Origin: Octopus sinensis
Taxonomy: Eukaryota
DNA length: 64,000 nt
Assembly (NCBI RefSeq): GCF_006345805.1
Contig: NW_021836179.1
Coordinates: forward strand, 186,001 to 250,000
Reading direction: 5' to 3'
Shown here one piece after another: positions 56,901-64,000 of this stretch. How positions within the stretch are numbered: position 1 is the first letter of the stretch; each line of letters starts with the position of its first letter. Below the pieces are notes generated by a model, which was not told the DNA's origin, did no database searches, and saw nothing but the letters and a program-made list of their open reading frames with translations. A program made the translations under genes and the position numbers.

Positions 56901-59488
56901 TGTTGTCTTCCATTTTATATCTACAGGACCTGACAGTTTCTGATAAAGCCAGACGTATTCCTCTCCCTAAACATTTGGGAGACGAAGAACCAACGGATAT
57001 TAATCGTTTGGTTCTTACTGAAAATAATCTGATTGCAGGATGTGACTGGGAGAATGGAAACATTAAGATATTCACATTGGATGGTCACCTTATGGATTCA
57101 ATCAAAGTGAATGTTAATTTTGATATTAAAATGTGTCGATGGCAGTCAAACACACTGGTCATTACGAGTTGGGATTATTTTGATGATAATACACACCAAC
57201 TGTTGACATTAAAAGTGGAGTTTCCATTGTCGTTGGTAATTTACAAAACGAGAAATAATTATAATTGTGTGGCTTCTTTATCAAACAATCAACTGGTTTT
57301 GAGTGAATGGAGAGATGAAAGACATTTGCATTTTGTTGATATTGATGAAATACATTCGAATGTGAAGGAAATAAAAAAAATAGACATACCTGAACCATTA
57401 ATAAGAAGAGACAAAGATGGAGATTATTCTGGTAGAATCCTGGATATTAAAGTTACTGATGAAGATGTCATCATTGTCTTAAACAGGAGATTCATCATTT
57501 TCTTCAACAGAGGTGGTCAATATTTACATTCAGTCAGACACTACATGAAGTGTTTTGATGTTGACAGGATGACAATTGATGACAGTTTTTTGTACATTTA
57601 TGGTCGGTGGGAGAAATGTTTTTATTCATTTGGATATCAAAGCATTTTGTGTTTGACCCAGAAAGGGGAATACGAGAGAATATTTTTAAATGAAAGAATT
57701 TATAAAGATGAATTAGATTTCACCAGTATAAACTGTAAAGGACCAAGGTTTGTTGGAAGCTCCGAAAGGAGAGAGAGTGAATTGTATGTTGAAGGGTTGT
57801 TTATGGTGAATCGAGACAGCTTCCCGGTTGCTCGTTTACAAACAGACGAATGTCCTGTTCAAGTGAAAGATTTTGATGTCTCTGAGGAAGGAAAGACAGT
57901 TGTGTGTGAAAAAGCCAATAATGGAAATGTTAAAATATTCGATGAAGACGGCCAGTTGCTATGTCACAGAAATGTTGCAAGTTTAGTTGGTGGTGTGTGT
58001 TTTACACAAGAATCACACATAATGGCCACGGTTCCTAAAAGGAAAGAAATATTTCATCTGAATGGAGAAGATTTGCAGACATCTCAAGTTTGGTCGAGTC
58101 TCATCCCTTATGGTGTAATATGGAGAAAAGTGGTGGGTATTTACTGGTGTGTACATAATGAATTGATTGAATGTCATTGCATAAAGATTGATGGGGACCA
58201 AGTGAACATTCTGGAATCTGTGTCGTCATTAAATCTTGATTCTGGTCTTCGTTTCCCTTCCATTACATCTGAAACGAACAAGGAAATATTCAGTAATGAA
58301 TTAATTAATAAATTGGAATACAGAGGAGGAGATGGAGATGGAGGAGGAAGAAGAAGAGGTAAATCAGGTGAAATAATTGGTAAAGGTAGATTAAAGGTGA
58401 GATGTGGTAATTACATAGCGGAGATTAATAATTCAGGAATTGATGAAATATCAGTGAGGAGACTTCCATATAGGACAGCAATGGTCCCTTTTTCCATTCC
58501 TGCATTCGAGGAACCTGTTGATTATGATTTGTGGGACATTAGGGACCGGAACAGTAAACTAATTAAGTTAGATGAGAATGTGAGTGTGTTGATGTTTCGA
58601 GAAAGTGTCACATTAATCAGAACAACAACAACAACAACAGTGGACATACTTCAACATGAACAACAACAACGACCACCACTGGACATATGTCGGTGGACAG
58701 AGGAACGTTTCATTGTCGCCTTTGGGAGAGAAATGAGGGTCTTCAACAGGGATCTCCATCGTTTAAAAACCATCAGTACTGAGAAATACTACAACAGGAT
58801 TTATAAATACAACGACAATCAACTCGTGTGTGGTGGTCATTATATTAGAGACATAACTCAAGAAGAGAGACACGAGAAATACAAAAGAATGTGGGAGAAC
58901 AACAATTTTTACTATTATTGCGATGACCCCGACATCTTTGACCCTTATTATGTGGATGTGGTTGATATCAAAGATGGGAAATATAAAGATGAAGTGTGTC
59001 GTGGGAAGATGGGGAGATGTGGAAGGTTGGAGGGAGATGAAGGGGTGTGGGGTGTGGGAGTCACATCTTTTGGTGATGTTTTTGTTGTGAGGAGGGAGAT
59101 GAAGAAGGAGGGGGATGGAATTTGGGAAGATTTTTGTTTTGTGGAATGGTTCAGGGAAAAGTCTTTGGTGAGGAGGATAAGAATAGATGAACCGTTTTAT
59201 GATCTGGAATATTGTATTCCAAGACCTCGTCTGACCATAATTGGTGAATGTGTTTATATAACAGATTTAGAGAACAATATTTACGAAATACCTCGACATA
59301 TTGAAGAGGAAACATCTGAAGATGATGAAATCCTGGAATTAAAAGATAATCCAAAATATTTACTCCTCAGAAAGGAGGATAATGAAGTCTCTGAAGTTCT
59401 TGGTTTGGATGTTTCAGACAATTCTTTGATGGTTTTTGGAATTATTCCTGGACGTCAATCTTTTGCTTTCTTTTATTTTGACAAATAA
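53938..59488 (+). CDS. Large intronless multi-beta-propeller (NHL/TolB-like) protein, ~1850 aa if two 1-nt frameshifts (~54729, ~55111) are corrected; otherwise a pseudogene
   Basis: Acceptor TTCTTTACAG| 7 nt before the ATG. The three ORFs (53938-54732, 54729-55115, 55172-59488) join into continuous blade motifs. Six recurring modules. Confidence 0.75.
55112..59488 (+). CDS. Main open segment of the multi-propeller gene (1438 aa from 55172; frame open from ~55106)
   Basis: 4.3-kb ORF with repeated blades, e.g. GQLVVSDINHDCLLYISEEGDIV, NLIAGCDWENGNIKIFTLDGHLM, KTVVCEKANNGNVKIFDEDGQLL. Confidence 0.88.
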   Translation, partial: VTRRDIGRKCRSISVGKDTILVTDYCSKPHGIQMSKDFWPKLSYNHQLHTPSLKDYIDIENCYNITNILPMSTSSILIIYKNKKAKLFTDNGEIINQNNSVFLELPSFCCRINANRFLVFYREKKGFQYITCPELRKGPLIKVQTDYMKICHIVSNKCLAVTTTENKSEVHILLINEDKVDIAERISLGHHNVSIAATPINFVVVDGNENKMVFYSTCGEELFQKYLPFYGYPHHIYSDNVYFYVLFRRHSILICYDLHGQIKWQWELPFPVHPHIAVFQGTLYVPDTQLNRVLLYKYQDRSSACLLPIKNPYIRNLNLRLKEKENDQKLVIGEICNLANGQLVVSDINHDCLLYISEEGDIVSRLSLPSTATDICRWDSNHIGVTLPLQKQLRVIGNLSKRVRSVSLRQPYVRMCKMGEGEIICYCDKPSHLDILAINYYNQVEVIKTINIPVFVKSLSIDKKTEKLLIVTREKAFQYNTRIGGGGHGGDGSISSSDGMVSSDSETKTEAFFKDISGGGHGGHQMVPSVLMSQVKRPLSLQGGSIDQTSVYLIDRSCMFAINDQNLLVTDLVTNNQLNYYIDLVDVFSRNISLSEMLSSILYLQDLTVSDKARRIPLPKHLGDEEPTDINRLVLTENNLIAGCDWENGNIKIFTLDGHLMDSIKVNVNFDIKMCRWQSNTLVITSWDYFDDNTHQLLTLKVEFPLSLVIYKTRNNYNCVASLSNNQLVLSEWRDERHLHFVDIDEIHSNVKEIKKIDIPEPLIRRDKDGDYSGRILDIKVTDEDVIIVLNRRFIIFFNRGGQYLHSVRHYMKCFDVDRMTIDDSFLYIYGRWEKCFYSFGYQSILCLTQKGEYERIFLNERIYKDELDFTSINCKGPRFVGSSERRESELYVEGLFMVNRDSFPVARLQTDECPVQVKDFDVSEEGKTVVCEKANNGNVKIFDEDGQLLCHRNVASLVGGVCFTQESHIMATVPKRKEIFHLNGEDLQTSQVWSSLIPYGVIWRKVVGIYWCVHNELIECHCIKIDGDQVNILESVSSLNLDSGLRFPSITSETNKEIFSNELINKLEYRGGDGDGGGRRRGKSGEIIGKGRLKVRCGNYIAEINNSGIDEISVRRLPYRTAMVPFSIPAFEEPVDYDLWDIRDRNSKLIKLDENVSVLMFRESVTLIRTTTTTTVDILQHEQQQRPPLDICRWTEERFIVAFGREMRVFNRDLHRLKTISTEKYYNRIYKYNDNQLVCGGHYIRDITQEERHEKYKRMWENNNFYYYCDDPDIFDPYYVDVVDIKDGKYKDEVCRGKMGRCGRLEGDEGVWGVGVTSFGDVFVVRREMKKEGDGIWEDFCFVEWFREKSLVRRIRIDEPFYDLEYCIPRPRLTIIGECVYITDLENNIYEIPRHIEEETSEDDEILELKDNPKYLLLRKEDNEVSEVLGLDVSDNSLMVFGIIPGRQSFAFFYFDK

Positions 59489-59756
59489 ATATTTCCAGAA
59501 ATATTAAACTTCAATCTTCTTCTTCTTCTTATTATTATTGTTGTTGTTGTTGTTGTAAATGGCTTCGCACGGGAATCGAACCTGCATCGCATACATTGCA
59601 TTCTACACACTAACACTTATTGTTGTAACATTCCTCAACACTCTCTCTTTGTGTGTGTGTGTATATCTATATACAGTATATATACATGTGTTTATATATA
59701 TATACACACATATTTAGGAATGTATGTATAGAAGTAAGGCTATAAGTATGTATGTT

Positions 59757-59803
<47 letters not shown>

Positions 59804-59879
59804 GCATGCATGTATGTATAGGAATGTCTGGTCCGAAAGCAGAGACTTTCATAATCATTGATTCTCCATTAAAAGGCAG

Positions 59880-60030
59880 ACGACCACCACCGCCGTCGTG
59901 GTCGTGGCCGTCTCCGCCGTCGTGGTCGTCGTGGTGGTCGTCGTCGTCGTCGTCGTCGTCATCATCATCATCGTCATCATCATCATCGTCGCCATCATCG
60001 TCATCATCATCATCATCATCGTCGTCATCA
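59880..60030. repeat. (TCG)n/(TCA)n trinucleotide microsatellite
   Basis: Direct reading of the sequence. Confidence 0.95.
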
Positions 60031-60964
60031 GCGTTGTGTGTGCGTGTGTGCAGTCTGCATCTGACAGTTTTTAACGTTTAATAAGAATAGATTGTTGTTG
60101 TTGTTGTTGTTGCAGTGACATTCCAACTGCACACACACACAAACATTGCCTTTCGTCCTCGTAGGGTTGTTGTTGTTGTTGTTGCTGTTGGGGGTTCATA
60201 AAAAAAGAGAAGGACACTTTAAGAAGCATTCAGTAAAAGCTTTCCCATAACTGGTCATTTTTCATGCTAGAAATAGAAACCACTTTACTTTTCATATAAA
60301 ATTTGAAGGACAGCTAAGAAGCATTCATTTCATGCTAGAAAGAGCCACCTAAACCTTCACATTTTTGTTTCATCACAAATAAAAATTGAAAGACAATTTT
60401 CAAAGCATCCATGTCAAATATTGTCCTATAGATGGCCTAACATCATGCTAGAAATAACAGCCAAATACTCTGAAATTTGTATCGTTTTTCATCAAAAAAG
60501 TGAAGGACACTTTAAGAAGCAACTCTAAAGATATTGTCCTGTGGCGGTTTAAGTGTAAAATATTATAAAAGTATGCATCTATGAGTTTTATGTGTTTAAA
60601 AAACATAGCAAAGACATGTGTGTATATGTAGGTATATATAAATATACATGTGTATAAATGTTCCTTGATGATGTATATGCTTCTTCCCTAATAACTTGCA
60701 GAGAAATGGATATTTTTCATGGAATTTCCTACAAATATGCTTCAGATGGTGTAGATTCCGATTCTATGGGGATTTATTGGAAAAACCTTTTTCATTCAGG
60801 GACAAACGGTTTTCCCAACTTGTAACTGGAGATGAAAAACAGATGTGTATGAAAACGCAATGCAAAAATGTTACTGGAGCTGGAATAAAGTCCCCCAAAC
60901 AACAACCAAGGACGAATATCCATGCAAAATAAAAAGAAAAAAAGTTATGCTTTGTGTTTGGTAG

Positions 60965-61400
60965 GATCATCATCATCATCGTCATCATTATCATCGTTTA
61001 ACGTCCGTTTTCCATGCTAGCATGGGTTGAACGGTTCAACTGGGGTCTGGGAAGCCAGGAGGCTGCGCCAGGCTCCAGTCTGATCTGGCAGTGTTTCTAC
61101 GGCTGGATGCCCTTCCTAACGCCAGCCACTCCGAGAGTGTAGTGGGTGCTTTTTATGTGCCACCTGCAAAGGTGCCAGACAAGGCTGGCAAACGGCCACG
61201 ATCGGATGGTGCTTTTTACGTGCCACCAGCACGGGGGGGGGGGCAGACGGGGCTGGCAACGGCCACGATCGGATGGTGCTTTTTACGTACCACCAGCACG
61301 GGGGGGGGGGGGGGTTGGCAGACGGGGCTGGCAACGGCCACGATGGTTCTCTTACGTGTCACCAGTACTGGTATCTCAGCTACAATTTCCATTAATGTTG
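60965..61400 (-). mobile_element. RTE-tailed SINE with a poly-G-containing internal array
   Basis: (ATC)n tail and about four GGTGCTTTTTACGTGCCACC units. Confidence 0.85.
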
Positions 61401-61445
61401 AGAGATTTCGATTTCGACTTTCACTTTTATTTGATTTGATCATAA

Positions 61446-61900
61446 ACGATTTGATTTATTATGAGCTTCTCCCACAAAACCAGACAATTAATTCTGAAGT
61501 GTATTGCTATCAGCTGGCTAACTTGCAAATAATAAAAAAAAAAATCAAAGAATTGAGGCTGAAGATTGGACAACAGGAAAGAGTGGTAGAGTTGCAACAA
61601 AACAATGCCTGACCTCATGTCTTTGGCCACCGGAACAAAGCTACATGAACTTGTCCGGGATCTCTTAACCCCTCAACCATATTCTTCTGATATTGCACCA
61701 TCCGACTACCACTTGTTCTTGTCTCTACAGAACTCATCACAAGGGAAAACATTTAACCATTTGAATGGAATCAAAATGCATCTAAATGATATTTTGTCTT
61801 TGAAATTATTCAAATTTTATACTGATGGAATATTTAAATTGCCTAATAGATGGGAAAGGGTCGTTAATAATTAAGGGAAATTACTTCGCTGAATATAATA
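61446..61900 (+). mobile_element. mariner transposase C-terminal relic
   Basis: YYELLPQNQTINSEVYCYQL..NNA*PH..PYSSDIAPSDYHLFLSLQN..FYTDGIFKLPNRWERVVNN. Confidence 0.88.
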
Positions 61901-61924
61901 TATTGAAAGGTCAATAATTTACAT

Positions 61925-62315
61925 CCATTGCTCTTTATTCTTTTACTTGTTTCAGTCATTTGACTGCGGCCATGCTGGAGCACCGCCTTTAGTCGAGCAA
62001 ATCGATCCCGGGACTTATTCTTTGTAAGCCCAGTACTTATTCTATCAGTCACTTTTTGCTGAACCACTAAGTGACAGGGACGTAAACACACCAGCATCGG
62101 TTGTCAAGCAATGCTAGGGGTACAAACACACGCATATATATATATATATATACGACAGGCTTCTTTCAGTTTCCGTCTACCAAATCCACTCACAAGGCTT
62201 TGGTCGGCCTGAGGCTATAGTAGAAGACACTTGCCCAAGGTGCCACGCAGTGTGACTGAACCCGGAACCATGTGGTTGGTTAGCAAGCTAGTTACCACAC
62301 AGCCACTCCTGCGCC
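61925..62315 (-). mobile_element. (TA)n-core SINE
   Basis: Full consensus in reverse complement. Confidence 0.88.
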
Positions 62316-62559
62316 ATTGTTGCATATTAAAAAAACCCTCAGAACATTCCAGACAATATAATTCTTTTATTCGTCACTAAATTGATAGACATTCAGAGAA
62401 GGGCATTGAGCAAGGCTTCAATAAATAGGAGGGAACAGGTGAGAACCTAAACCTGGTCAACTCCTACCTGCATACCAAATACATCAAAGTACTCATTGTT
62501 AAGTCTCACCAGCCATTCATCTCCTAGCTTTTGCAGCAGCTACCATATAAGGGAGTGAG

Positions 62560-63020
62560 TCTCCCAGCCAAACGCTTCCTCTGGGGTCCAGATAAGTCCA
62601 TTCTTTACCAGAGAATGACTTTGCATTCACAATTATATCAACCACCTCACCAACAACAACACTGAACACCTTTTTGATCTCCATGTGTCCAACACATGTG
62701 GACATGCCTACAAAGTCAGAAAACAACACAGCTCCCATGACTTTCGGAAACATATTTTCACTCTCAGAGTTGCTGAAGCATGGAACAAACTGCCTGCGTC
62801 AGTTGTTGACTGCCATGATACTGCATCTTTTAAGGCCCTCATGCTTTCCGAAATCCGCCGAAACTACACCTGATTGCCCCCCTTCCATACTCATACACAT
62901 ATGTGTGTCATGACTCATGCACTGTTCTTTTCCTGACGCTTGTACATTACCCTATGTACTACACATACACTTTAGATGAGTTGTAGTGCACCTGAGTACA
63001 CAATGTTTTATTATTATTAT
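62560..63020 (+). mobile_element. CR1-like LINE 3' fragment
   Basis: GHAYKVRKQHSSHDFRKHIFTLRVAEAWNKLPASVV and (ATT)n tail. Confidence 0.85.
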
Positions 63021-63049
63021 TTTACTATGACTATCCTGCTTCCTGGTGA

Positions 63050-63200
63050 GAATGTAGTCAATCTGGTTTGTGTGCCACAAGATTCATAGGTGATCATATG
63101 GCTGGTGGGCTCCCCCAAAATCTGAAGTTAGCATGACAAAATCAGAGTGGGGTTGAAAATGATCAGAATATCCTCCAAAAAGTTTCTCAGTTTCATGAAG
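63050..63200 (-). mobile_element. LINE apurinic-endonuclease fragment (RTE-like)
   Basis: Minus strand reads SHMITYESCGTQT, then frameshifted QIDY, resembling the ITYxSGxxxTQIDY motif. Confidence 0.45.
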
Positions 63201-63617
63201 GTAATTTTCATCTGGACCCCTAAAAGCATATCTCTGCAGAGTTTAAAGAAAATACCAAGGAATCAATCTGGTGTGGGGCACTAAACTATACTTATGCCTT
63301 ATGTTCTTCCTTCGTGGTCTCTTCTATTTTGTACTTGGGGTCATTATTTATTTGACAACTTTACAATATTGCAGTGTATGAAAAGCATTTGAAAGCAAAT
63401 AAGCAGTAGATATACTGCAAAGGATGCAGTATTCAAGAAAGAACAAGGTGTGTGGTTGTTAGGAGGAAGTGGTTTGATATAGAGGTCCATAAATTGCAGA
63501 AAGGGAAAAGGTTAAATAAAAAACCCGAAAGAAATCTAAGTTTTGAAAATGCTTTAATTTCAATTGCACAGAGCAGAAGATCATTAAAGATAAACAGCAA
63601 ACAAAAAATTGTGGAAG

Positions 63618-64000
<383 letters not shown>

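Noticed and set aside
60208-60545. Novel structured repeat
   Set aside because: About four very degenerate units of a common CATGCTAGAAATA repeat fragment; nothing beyond an old tandem duplication.

Overview
AT-rich animal genomic DNA, very probably a coleoid cephalopod (Octopus). This is inferred from the SINE/LINE families and the tandem KRAB-less C2H2 zinc-finger (ZNF) genes. The window holds eight single-coding-exon ZNF genes, two cut by the window edges, in two subfamilies: short 'MSKE' genes and long genes with an acidic 'MENVD' leader. It also holds one very large intronless gene (53.9-59.5 kb) predicted to encode six tandem beta-propellers, broken by two 1-nt frameshifts. The rest is dense SINE, LINE (RTE, CR1, CRE, Penelope-like) and DNA-transposon (mariner, Merlin, piggyBac-type MITE) sequence plus microsatellites. 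No rRNA, intact tRNA or CRISPR array was seen. The most notable unexplained signals are a 34-codon reading frame conserved upstream of four ZNF paralogs, the six-propeller protein, a piggyBac-type MITE with a 24 x 57 bp array, a ~97% identical foldback in a ZNF intron, and a head-to-head ZNF pair formed as a diverged palindrome. All alignments and counts were done by eye; repeat boundaries are approximate.
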